This document shows, piece by piece, positions 46,207 through 55,063 of a stretch of 64,000 nt of DNA; within the stretch, counting starts at the first letter, position 1; every line of letters starts with the position of its first letter. The DNA is taken from the NCBI GenBank assembly GCA_037131145.1, contig JBAXRP010000001.1:2587-66586 (forward strand), given 5' to 3'. The notes under the pieces were generated by a model, which saw only the letters and a program-made list of their open reading frames with translations, made no database searches and was not told the origin of the DNA. Source of the stretch: Bacteroidota bacterium. Its GTDB lineage: Bacteria; Bacteroidota; Bacteroidia; Bacteroidales; FEN-979. The position numbers and the translations under genes are program-made.

Positions 46207-46682
46207 AAAACCAACCGTTGTTAATTAATTTTTTTACAAATGTACGCTAAACCCATCATTATGAATTAAAAAGAAATCTGCCTGTTTTATAGCATACTCA
46301 AAATCAAAATTTTATTTTTTTAACAGGCAATTGTTAACAACTCATTACTTTTGTGATTAAATGTTAATAAAAAATGAAAAATGTTAATAACTAATGCTGC
46401 CTGAAAATGTTTTTAGAAATTAGCAATATTTTATCAATAGTTTTCAACACAATCTTACCTGGCTGCAAAGCTGAGGTTATTAACAAGCCATCTTATTAAC
46501 AATTGTTAATACCAAATATAATTATTTATTATACAATAATTTAAAAAATATAACCTGTTAATAAAATGTTCATCAATTCATAAAATTTTAAAATCAAAGG
46601 TTTTTATTGAAAATTAATTAACAATATTAACAGCTATTAATATAAATACATATAAATATATTCTTTTTATTATTAAAAAAAA
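46207..46682. other. AT-rich divergent intergenic region with an array of TGTTAATAA / TTATTAACA 9-mers (candidate oriC or operator array)
   Basis: Exact 9-mers: forward at 46362, 46382 and 46556; reverse at 46477 and 46493. One-mismatch copies at 46219, 46504, 46615 and 46624. Palindromes TTGTTAACAA (46331-46340) and TTAACAATTGTTAA (46497-46510). An almost pure A/T tract runs 46641-46682. Confidence 0.5.
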
Positions 46683-47621
46683 ATGACTGAAAAAACAACC
46701 GCTAACCTGATTGAACGTATTCAACGCCTGAAAATGGAAAAAAATGCTGTAATATTAGCACATTATTATCAGGTTTCTGAAATACAAGATGTTGCAGATT
46801 TTGTTGGCGATAGTCTCGGCTTATCTCAGAATGCTTTAAATACAAATGCTTCAATTATCGTTTTTGCCGGAGTTCATTTTATGGCTGAGACTGCAAAAAT
46901 TCTAAACCCAAACAAAAAGGTTCTGATTCCAGATCTGATGGCAGGTTGTTCACTGGCTGATTCATGTCCTGCCGACAAATTTGCCAGCTTTAAGAAGATG
47001 AACCCGAATAACCTTGTAATATCTTACATCAATTGTTCTGCTGTGGTTAAAACCATGTCGGATGTGATTTGTACTTCAAGTAACGCAATAAAAATCGTTG
47101 AATCTTTTCCAAAAGAGCAAAAACTGATCTTTGCGCCTGATAAAAACCTTGGTGGATATATAAATGCAAAAACCGGAAGGAATATGCTACTTTGGGATGG
47201 TAGTTGCGAAGTGCATGACATGATCAAGGTTGAAGCGGTTATTAAAATGAAGGCAGATAACCCGGATGCATTGTTAATAGCTCATCCCGAATGCAAGGCA
47301 ATTATTCTTGAACTTGCCGATTATATTGGTTCCACAACCGGATTGCTTAATTTTACCGAAAAAAACAGCGCGACGAAATTCATTGTCGCAACGGAAACAG
47401 GTATTCTTCATCAGATGAAAAAAGCGTCGCCCGATAAAGAATTTTTAATTGTTCCTTCCGATTCTACCTGCTCATGCAACGATTGTCCTTATATGAAAAT
47501 GAATACACTTGAAAAACTTTACAACTGTCTGAAAACAGAAATACCAGAAATAACATTGCCGGAAGACGTTATTGAAAAGGCAAAAAAACCGATTTTGCGA
47601 ATGTTGGAATTATCTGTTTAA
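46683..47621 (+). CDS. nadA: quinolinate synthase
   Basis: 312 aa with ILAHYYQ, VHFMAETAKIL, INCSA and CPYMK motifs typical of NadA. Confidence 0.92.
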   Translation: MTEKTTANLIERIQRLKMEKNAVILAHYYQVSEIQDVADFVGDSLGLSQNALNTNASIIVFAGVHFMAETAKILNPNKKVLIPDLMAGCSLADSCPADKFASFKKMNPNNLVISYINCSAVVKTMSDVICTSSNAIKIVESFPKEQKLIFAPDKNLGGYINAKTGRNMLLWDGSCEVHDMIKVEAVIKMKADNPDALLIAHPECKAIILELADYIGSTTGLLNFTEKNSATKFIVATETGILHQMKKASPDKEFLIVPSDSTCSCNDCPYMKMNTLEKLYNCLKTEIPEITLPEDVIEKAKKPILRMLELSV

Positions 47622-47651
47622 TCTGCTTCCACAAACTCCACACGGTTTTAA

Positions 47652-49250
47652 ATGAAACGGTGGTGGTATATGATATTGTCTATGAAATCAATGCAAATAA
47701 TTTTTCATATTAAATTAATCCTTATCATCACAGGAATTCTGGTTTATTCAATTGGATTTTGTCAGGATACAATTCAAAAGGATGGTTATCAAAAATTTTA
47801 TTTTTCCGATGGCAAGGTTTCAAGCGAAGGTATCATTAAAAATAGAAAACCTGATGGTTACTGGAAATCTTACAATCAAAACGGAAAATTGAAATCAGAA
47901 GGAAACCGGAAAAATTTTGAACTCGACAGTCTATGGAAGTTTTATAATCAGGATGGGAAACTGCTACTTGAAATTAATTATCTTGCCGGCAAAAAGAATG
48001 GAATAAAATCTACTTATACTGAAAATGAGGTGGTAAGGGAAACTTTTAAAAATGATGTTAAAGATGGATATACCCGGATTTATTTCAATGATGGCAAAAT
48101 CAAACAGGAAATTCCGTTTATTAAAGGTCAGGAACAGGGGTTTGGAAAGGAGTATAATTCAAAGGGAGTCATTATAACTCTAACTGAGTACAAAAAAGGA
48201 TTTATTGTTGACCGGCTTAGAATAAACAGAATAGATGCTTCGGGTCGCAAGCAGGGCAGATGGTTTACATTTTATGAAACAGGTAATCTTCAGTCGGAAG
48301 CGGGTTACAAGGATAATCTCAAACATGGCTATTATAAGGAATATGCTGAGAATGGCGATCTGATTAGAATTCTGAAATATTCCGATGGCATTCTACAGCA
48401 GGAAGCTGCGGAAATTCAGAAACTCGACATTCAAAACGAATATTATTCCAACGGAAAAATTAAAATAAGCGCGATGTTTAGGAATGGGGTACCTGAAGGT
48501 ATTCTACGTCAATATGATTCGGCAGGTGTGGTTGAGAAAGCCTTTTTATATAAAAACGGGCAGGTTGTTGGTGAAGGAATTGTAAAAGATGACGGAAACA
48601 GAGACGGAGCATGGAAAGATTTTTATCCCGACGGATCTTTGAAATCTCAGGGTAATTATAATAGCGGCAAACAAACAGGCGAATGGAAATTCTATTATCC
48701 TGATGGAAAAGTTGAGCAAACCGGAAAATTCAACAAATCGGGAAAATTAGATGGCGTGTGGAAATGGTATTTCGATACCGGGCAACTCCAACTTGAGGAA
48801 AATTACAAGGCAGGGGTGAAGGATGGACTTTCAACTACATATAATGAGAGCGGAAAAGTTATTGAGGAAGGCGAATTCATTGACGGAAATGAGGATGGCG
48901 CCTGGTTCGAACAAACCGGCGATACATATATGAAAGGTTCATATCGCGACGGAATGCGAAATGGAATCTGGTCTTATTATTATCTGAATAACAATGAATC
49001 CGGCGCCGATAGCCTTTGCTATTTCCGGGGTAATTTTATTGAAGACAATCCCAATGGAAAACATATTTATTACTATGAAAACGGCAAAGTTAAAACCGAG
49101 GGTAGTTATGTGATGGGAAAAAAAGAAAAGGATTGGTATCTGTACAATGAGGATGGTACTTTATTTCTGATTATTACATACAGATCAGGAATAGAAATAA
49201 GATATGATGGAGTAAAAATTAAACCAGCGTATGAAAAGGAGGACGAGTAA
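47652..49250 (+). CDS. MORN-repeat (YwqK-like) protein with an N-terminal membrane anchor or signal
   Basis: 532 aa with about 20 iterations of the G.W..YY.NGK...EG.Y..G...G.W motif. Confidence 0.75.
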   Translation: MKRWWYMILSMKSMQIIFHIKLILIITGILVYSIGFCQDTIQKDGYQKFYFSDGKVSSEGIIKNRKPDGYWKSYNQNGKLKSEGNRKNFELDSLWKFYNQDGKLLLEINYLAGKKNGIKSTYTENEVVRETFKNDVKDGYTRIYFNDGKIKQEIPFIKGQEQGFGKEYNSKGVIITLTEYKKGFIVDRLRINRIDASGRKQGRWFTFYETGNLQSEAGYKDNLKHGYYKEYAENGDLIRILKYSDGILQQEAAEIQKLDIQNEYYSNGKIKISAMFRNGVPEGILRQYDSAGVVEKAFLYKNGQVVGEGIVKDDGNRDGAWKDFYPDGSLKSQGNYNSGKQTGEWKFYYPDGKVEQTGKFNKSGKLDGVWKWYFDTGQLQLEENYKAGVKDGLSTTYNESGKVIEEGEFIDGNEDGAWFEQTGDTYMKGSYRDGMRNGIWSYYYLNNNESGADSLCYFRGNFIEDNPNGKHIYYYENGKVKTEGSYVMGKKEKDWYLYNEDGTLFLIITYRSGIEIRYDGVKIKPAYEKEDE

Positions 49251-50345
49251 ATGAAACCGGAAAAACCCAAAATAATCCGTCGTAAACCGTTAGGTAATTC
49301 AAACGAAGAGCCAAAAATAGTTCGTCGTAAACCATTAAGTAATTCAAACGAAGAGCCAAAGATAGTTCGTCGTAAACCGGCAGGAAATGAAAGCGAAGAT
49401 CGTAAAATAGTTCGTCGTAAACCTATAAGTAATTCAAAAGAAGATCCTAAGATAATCCGTCGTAAATCGGCAGAAAATGAAAAAGAAGATCCGAAGATAG
49501 TCCGCCGTAAACCGATGGGGTATGAAAAAAAAGAGACAAAGGTAGTTCACCGTAAACCGATGGATTATGAAAAAGAAGAGACAAAAACAGTCCGCCGGAA
49601 AAAAATAAGCAATGATAATGACGACCTTCTCCGTTTGAATAAATATATTGCCAATTCGGGAATTTGTTCGCGACGGGAGGCTGATAGAATGATCGAAGCA
49701 GGCATGGTTTCGGTCAATGGTAAAATCGTGACCGAACTCGGCACAAAGGTGAGTTTAACCGATAAGGTGAAATATGCTGATGAAATCATCAATCGCGAAA
49801 AACCAAGATATTTGCTTTTGAATAAACCAAAGGGTTTCATTACTACAGTTGACGATCCTGAAAATCGAAAAACTGTAATGACTTTGGTTGCCGGCGCCTG
49901 TAAGGAGCGAATTTATCCTGTGGGCAGACTTGACCGGAATACAACAGGTTTATTGCTCTTCACAAACGATGGCAATATTGCCAAGAAACTAAGTCATCCG
50001 CGTTACGGAATTAAAAAGATTTATCATATTGAACTGGAAAAATCGTTAACGAAGTTTGATTATGACAAGATTTCGGAAGGATTTAAACTCGAAGATGATT
50101 TTGTAAAAGTTGACGCGATAGAATACATTGGCGACGGTAAGGATAAGAAACAGATTGGCATTGAGTTACATTCAGGAAAAAATCGCATTGTCAGACGTAT
50201 TTTTGAATTTTTGGCTTATGAAGTAGTTCGACTTGACCGGGTTTATTATGCCGGGCTCACAAAAAAGAACTTACCTCGCGGTACCTGGCGTTTTCTTGAA
50301 GAACAGGAGATAAACATGTTAAAAATGATCAGTTCAAAACCGTGA
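49251..50345 (+). CDS. RluB/RsuA-family pseudouridine synthase with an N-terminal basic 15-aa tandem-repeat extension
   Basis: S4 domain (RLNKYIANSGICSRREADRMI) and catalytic motif (GRLDRNTTGLLLFTNDG). These are preceded by eight PKIVRRKP-type repeats. Confidence 0.88.
   Translation: MKPEKPKIIRRKPLGNSNEEPKIVRRKPLSNSNEEPKIVRRKPAGNESEDRKIVRRKPISNSKEDPKIIRRKSAENEKEDPKIVRRKPMGYEKKETKVVHRKPMDYEKEETKTVRRKKISNDNDDLLRLNKYIANSGICSRREADRMIEAGMVSVNGKIVTELGTKVSLTDKVKYADEIINREKPRYLLLNKPKGFITTVDDPENRKTVMTLVAGACKERIYPVGRLDRNTTGLLLFTNDGNIAKKLSHPRYGIKKIYHIELEKSLTKFDYDKISEGFKLEDDFVKVDAIEYIGDGKDKKQIGIELHSGKNRIVRRIFEFLAYEVVRLDRVYYAGLTKKNLPRGTWRFLEEQEINMLKMISSKP
49266..49625 (+). repeat. 8 x 45-bp in-frame tandem repeat (encodes the PKI[IV]RRKPxxNxxEE units)
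   Basis: Read directly from the sequence. Units 1-3 are near-identical at the DNA level and later units diverge progressively. Confidence 0.85.
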
Positions 50346-50351
50346 AACAAG

Positions 50352-51176
50352 ATGAATCCTATTTCAATTTACATTGTTGAAGATGAATTATTGATAGCTG
50401 CAAGTTTAAAATCGCAGTTACAACAGTTTGGTTATGTTATCAGCGGCTCTTCAATCCGTGGTGAAACCTGTCTTGAAGAGATAGAAAAACTTTCAAAGCT
50501 GGGCAAAGAACCGGAGATTATTCTAATGGATATTCATTTGCGCGGCGAAATGGATGGAATAGAAACAGCGCAGAGAATCAATGAAAAATTCAATTGTGCA
50601 ATCATTTTTCTTACCGGGCAAAGTTCCAAGGAGATTTACAAACTTTCATTTAGAACTAAGCCCTTTGGGTATCTGCTTAAGCCAATTGAAATGGAACAGA
50701 TGAAAATGACCATTGAAATTGCGGCATATCAGCGTAATCTTGAAATCGAGAATAAGTTGAATCAGAAGGGACTCGAAACATTGCTGGAAAAACGCTCTCA
50801 GGAAAACTCCGACCTGATGACCTTATATCAGACCATCATTGACAATTCACTGATGGGTTTAACCATAATGCAGGATGAAAGATTTGTTTTTTCCAACAAT
50901 CGCACTGCTGAAATTTTCGGCTATCCGCTTGATGAATTTCAAACCTTTACTATCCGCGAAATTGTAGGAATGGTACATAATGACGACAGGGAAAAGGTGT
51001 TCGCTTTATTCCGTGAAGGATTGGATGGTACAGAGCCCCCATGTCATCATCAGATCAGAATAATAACCCGAACAGGACAGTTGAAATACCTCGATACTTA
51101 TATCAGTCCGGTGCAGTTTAAAGGTAAACCTGCGTTACATCAAACCTTTCTCGATATTTCAGCCTATCTGAGATGA
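50352..51176 (+). CDS. response regulator: receiver domain plus PAS domain, with no DNA-binding output
   Basis: 274 aa. Receiver motifs IYIVEDE and ILMDIHL (phospho-acceptor Asp), then a helical linker and a PAS-like C-terminus. Confidence 0.8.
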   Translation: MNPISIYIVEDELLIAASLKSQLQQFGYVISGSSIRGETCLEEIEKLSKLGKEPEIILMDIHLRGEMDGIETAQRINEKFNCAIIFLTGQSSKEIYKLSFRTKPFGYLLKPIEMEQMKMTIEIAAYQRNLEIENKLNQKGLETLLEKRSQENSDLMTLYQTIIDNSLMGLTIMQDERFVFSNNRTAEIFGYPLDEFQTFTIREIVGMVHNDDREKVFALFREGLDGTEPPCHHQIRIITRTGQLKYLDTYISPVQFKGKPALHQTFLDISAYLR

Positions 51177-51208
51177 AAACCGGCAGTTAAAAAAAAGGAG
51201 ATTTAAAT

Positions 51209-53164
51209 ATGACTCAAATCAAAAGCATGATGTTTATCTTGCTGGCGCTGATTTTTTCTTTAACGGGTTCAGCGCAAACAATCAATAATCTGATAACAAA
51301 AGCCGGAGATGAATCAACATATCCGGGATACGATCAGTTGGTTGTTTTCGACAGTACTGTTGTTGATGTTCAGGAAACAGGTCTGACTTTCGTGATCAAC
51401 CATACACTTACGAAAGTTTTAACAAGTCATGGCGCAATTGATCTCAGTGTTATCAAATATGGTTACGACCCACTTTCGGCTTGGGTTGAAATCAGGAGGG
51501 CTGTGATTTATAAAAAATCAGGAAAGGTTATTGAACTGGATTTGAAAAAAGTTATGGATTATCCCGCGCCGGCAAGAGCCATTTATTGGGGAGCCAGGGA
51601 AAAGGCGCTCGAAATTGGACGGCTGGAGCCCGGCGACGCTATTGAAATGACGATGTTCCGCAAAGGATTCACTTATGCATTGCTGATGGCTGATGACGAT
51701 GAAAAATATATTCCTCCAATGCGGGGACAGTTTTATGACATTGTGGAATTCTTTTATACACAACCGGTAAAAAATAAGGTTTATCAGGTCTCGGTTCCAA
51801 AAGATAAACCTCTTCAGTTTCAATTTTACAATGGCGAAGCTCAATCCTCCTGCTGGTTTACAAATGATAAGATCATTTATACATTCAGTAAAAAAGAGAT
51901 GACGCCGCTGAAAAGCGAGTCGAAGATGGTAGCAATGGTTGATGTGGCTCCCAAACTTCTTGTCTCCACCACCCCCGGCTGGAATGAAAAATCAACCTGG
52001 TTTTACAAGGTGAATGAAGATTTTGGAAGTTTTACCTCAACCCCGGAGATTCAACTTAAGGTTGATGAAATTCTTAAAGGAGCGATAAATGAGATGGATT
52101 CGATATCGCGACTAACTCATTGGGTTGCCGATGAAATCCGTTATTCAGGAATTTCAATGGGATGTGGCGAAGGTTTTACGCTACATAAGGGCGGAATGAC
52201 ATTCACCGATCGATGTGGCGTATGCAAAGATAAAGCAGGTATGTTGATAACTATGCTGAGGGCGGCAGGTTTCAAATCCTATCCTGCAATGACAATGGCA
52301 GGGCCGCGCATTGACTATATTGCCGCCGATCAATTCAACCATTGCGTTACGGTTGTAAAATTACGCGACGGTAAATACCACCTGCTCGATCCCACCTGGG
52401 TTCCGTTTGTCCGCGAATTGTGGTCGAGCGCCGAACAACAGCAGCAATACCTCATGGGAATTCCCGAAGGCGCCGACCTTGCAACAACTCCAATTTCTGA
52501 TCCTGAGAACCACTTTATAAAAATTGACGGCGCATCGCAACTCCTTGCCGATGGAACTCTCAAAGGGCGAATTACCATAACCGCCGAAGGGCAATCTGAC
52601 GCCTCTGTTCGTGGATTGTTCAAATATTCAAACAGAACGATGTGGTATCAAAATGTGGAAAGAGAACTTCTGAAGGTTTGGCCCCAGGCGAAGGTCAACC
52701 AGGTTAAATATACCGATCCGGGCGATTACCAGAATTACAATATCTGGGTAGCCATTGACTTCACCATACCTGAGTTTGCTATGGTTTCTGAGGGTACAAT
52801 GATGTTTGTTCCATTATCGGCGAGCGGAATTTTCAAATCATTTCAGCCACATCTTGCCTTTGAAACTACTTTGAAAGAGCGCAAATATCCGTTTCGCGAC
52901 CGTTGTTCACGAACTGTGGAAATCAATGAATCGGTTGTTTTGCCGGCTTATAAAAAAGTTCTCCGGCTTCCTGAAAGCGCCAATAACGATGGGGAAACGG
53001 TATCATTCAAAGCAAATTACCGGGCGTCATCTGAAGCCGTTATCTTTTCAGCAAAAGCTGTTTTTCCAAAACGCATGTACGAGGCTGGAGAATGGCCCGA
53101 ATTTAAGTCTGCCATTGAATTGCAGAATAGTTTTGCCGGGCAGTATGTTACCGTTGAATTGTAA
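51209..53164 (+). CDS. secreted DUF3857-like protein with an intact transglutaminase-like cysteine protease core
   Basis: 651 aa with a signal peptide and a Cys-His-Asp core: DRCGVCKDKAGMLITMLRAAGF, NHCVTVV, HLLDPT. Confidence 0.75.
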   Translation: MTQIKSMMFILLALIFSLTGSAQTINNLITKAGDESTYPGYDQLVVFDSTVVDVQETGLTFVINHTLTKVLTSHGAIDLSVIKYGYDPLSAWVEIRRAVIYKKSGKVIELDLKKVMDYPAPARAIYWGAREKALEIGRLEPGDAIEMTMFRKGFTYALLMADDDEKYIPPMRGQFYDIVEFFYTQPVKNKVYQVSVPKDKPLQFQFYNGEAQSSCWFTNDKIIYTFSKKEMTPLKSESKMVAMVDVAPKLLVSTTPGWNEKSTWFYKVNEDFGSFTSTPEIQLKVDEILKGAINEMDSISRLTHWVADEIRYSGISMGCGEGFTLHKGGMTFTDRCGVCKDKAGMLITMLRAAGFKSYPAMTMAGPRIDYIAADQFNHCVTVVKLRDGKYHLLDPTWVPFVRELWSSAEQQQQYLMGIPEGADLATTPISDPENHFIKIDGASQLLADGTLKGRITITAEGQSDASVRGLFKYSNRTMWYQNVERELLKVWPQAKVNQVKYTDPGDYQNYNIWVAIDFTIPEFAMVSEGTMMFVPLSASGIFKSFQPHLAFETTLKERKYPFRDRCSRTVEINESVVLPAYKKVLRLPESANNDGETVSFKANYRASSEAVIFSAKAVFPKRMYEAGEWPEFKSAIELQNSFAGQYVTVEL

Positions 53165-53221
53165 AGATGATTTTCATTTTTTAATCGAATAACCCTGTTT
53201 TTCAACATAATTAATCTCAAT

Positions 53222-55063
53222 ATGATAAATTATAACCCTGTTTGTTTTTTCATTGGGATGGTATTCATTATCTCCGGCTCCATTTCCGCTCAGAATGAAA
53301 AGTACGATGCAGTTTACGATAAACTGATCAAAGAATATACCCTGAATACCGACGGAAGCATGGACTACCGTTATATCAAACAATTGAAACTACAGTCTTA
53401 TCGAGCATTCCATAACCTTTACGGGGAAACTTTCATTGTTTATGACACCGTTAATCAGAAACTGAAAATCAATGAGGTCTTTACCGTCATGGCAGATGGC
53501 AAAAAAGTTATAACGCCTAAAAATGCCTTTAATGAAGTTCTTCCGGGTTTTGCCTCCAATGCGCCGGCTTACAATTTTCTGCGCGAGATGGTCATTACCC
53601 ACACTGGTCTGGAACGGAATGCAACTATCAATCTCGATTATCAGGTTCACAGCAAAAAAGGTTCTTTTCCTTTCCTGATGGGAAATGAGGTTCTCGCGGA
53701 AACGGAGCCGGTTAAATACCTTGAAGTCAGAGTTCGGATACCTGTCGGGTCTGAATTTTATTACAAGATATTCAACAGTAATGAAAAACCGGTAGAAACC
53801 CAGGAAGGCAATTTTCGGATATTTACCTGGAAACGCTCGGATGTTCCCGCCATTTCGGCTGATGAGGGACAACCTGTCGGACTTTCATCTTACCCTCGAT
53901 TGATTTTCAGCGTCTCTGATAAACCCGAAGAGGCTTACGCGTTTTTACTTAGTCAGCCTGCTTTTAGTTTCACCCTGAATGAAGAGATGAAAAACGAAAT
54001 TTCCAAACTCAGGAATAAATACATTGACAAATTTGAACTTGCTTTGAATATCCAGGAAATGATAGTGGACGATATACGGTTATATCCAATTCCATTCCGC
54101 GCGGCAATGTTTAAATGCCGCACCGCTGAGGAATCCTGGAACAGCTCTGGCGCCACAACGGTCGAAAAAGCCGTTTTGCTCGCCGCTATGCTTAAATCTG
54201 CCGGCTTTGACGCACAGGTAGCCGCCGTTGTAAGAACTGCTTTTTCCGACGATAAAATAGCCACTCTGAACGATATTGAGGATTTTACAGTCAGGGTTGA
54301 TTTCAAAGAGGAGGGAGCCTGGTATTTTTCGGTGACAGGTTTGAATTCCGTCAATCTGAAATACACGCTTCCTGGACGTTCATTTATCATCTTCGGCGCC
54401 GACGGAAAGATTACAAAGGAAAAGTCGGAGATACCCCGCTACATCATCAAGGTAATCGGAAATTTTATTGTTTCCTCCGACCCCAAACTGACCGGAGAAG
54501 TTTCGCTTTATTTCGGGGGAAGCGTATATCCGCAGGCAGGTTTATCGAGGGATAAGAAAAAAATGAGAAACGCGCTTACCGGTAATCTGATCAAAAACGA
54601 TAGCGCTAATTTGAAAAAGAACATCCTGAACAATGAAAACGGTTTTCAGACCTACATAGTTCAAAGCGACAAACCATTTAAAAAAGATTCCGATTTCTAT
54701 TTTTTCCAGTTACCGGTTGTGAATACGGGGATTGAAGGCTGGTACATCCGGACATTGTCGGAAAAACGTGAAACAGCTTATGAAATTCCGGCGTTGGCTG
54801 ATGAATCCTATTCCTATACCTTCATTATTCCCGCCACAATGACGTTGTTTACTCCGGTGAAGAAGCAAGCCATCAGCAACAAAGCCGGAACTTATTCCTG
54901 GGAAGTAACGAATGAAAAGGGTAAGGTTACCGTTAAGCGAAGCCTGAAATTCAATGATCTTGTGATTCCGGTTTCGATTTATCCCGAATTCAAAATCCTA
55001 ATGGATTACTGGAACAATCCCTGGTACAAGGAGCTTGTTTTTAAACAACTTACCGTTGAATAA
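53222..55063 (+). CDS. paralogous DUF3857/DUF3858-like protein with a degenerate transglutaminase-like core
   Basis: 613 aa with the same overall layout as its neighbour. The segment equivalent to the catalytic Cys reads SGATTVEKAVLLAAMLKSAGF, with no Cys. Confidence 0.65.
   Translation: MINYNPVCFFIGMVFIISGSISAQNEKYDAVYDKLIKEYTLNTDGSMDYRYIKQLKLQSYRAFHNLYGETFIVYDTVNQKLKINEVFTVMADGKKVITPKNAFNEVLPGFASNAPAYNFLREMVITHTGLERNATINLDYQVHSKKGSFPFLMGNEVLAETEPVKYLEVRVRIPVGSEFYYKIFNSNEKPVETQEGNFRIFTWKRSDVPAISADEGQPVGLSSYPRLIFSVSDKPEEAYAFLLSQPAFSFTLNEEMKNEISKLRNKYIDKFELALNIQEMIVDDIRLYPIPFRAAMFKCRTAEESWNSSGATTVEKAVLLAAMLKSAGFDAQVAAVVRTAFSDDKIATLNDIEDFTVRVDFKEEGAWYFSVTGLNSVNLKYTLPGRSFIIFGADGKITKEKSEIPRYIIKVIGNFIVSSDPKLTGEVSLYFGGSVYPQAGLSRDKKKMRNALTGNLIKNDSANLKKNILNNENGFQTYIVQSDKPFKKDSDFYFFQLPVVNTGIEGWYIRTLSEKRETAYEIPALADESYSYTFIIPATMTLFTPVKKQAISNKAGTYSWEVTNEKGKVTVKRSLKFNDLVIPVSIYPEFKILMDYWNNPWYKELVFKQLTVE

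Noticed and set aside
53390-54390. Two minus-strand ORFs of 160 and 145 aa (53390-53872 and 53953-54390).
   Set aside because: They are antisense to an uninterrupted 613-aa plus-strand ORF whose paralogue lies next door. They are shadow ORFs.
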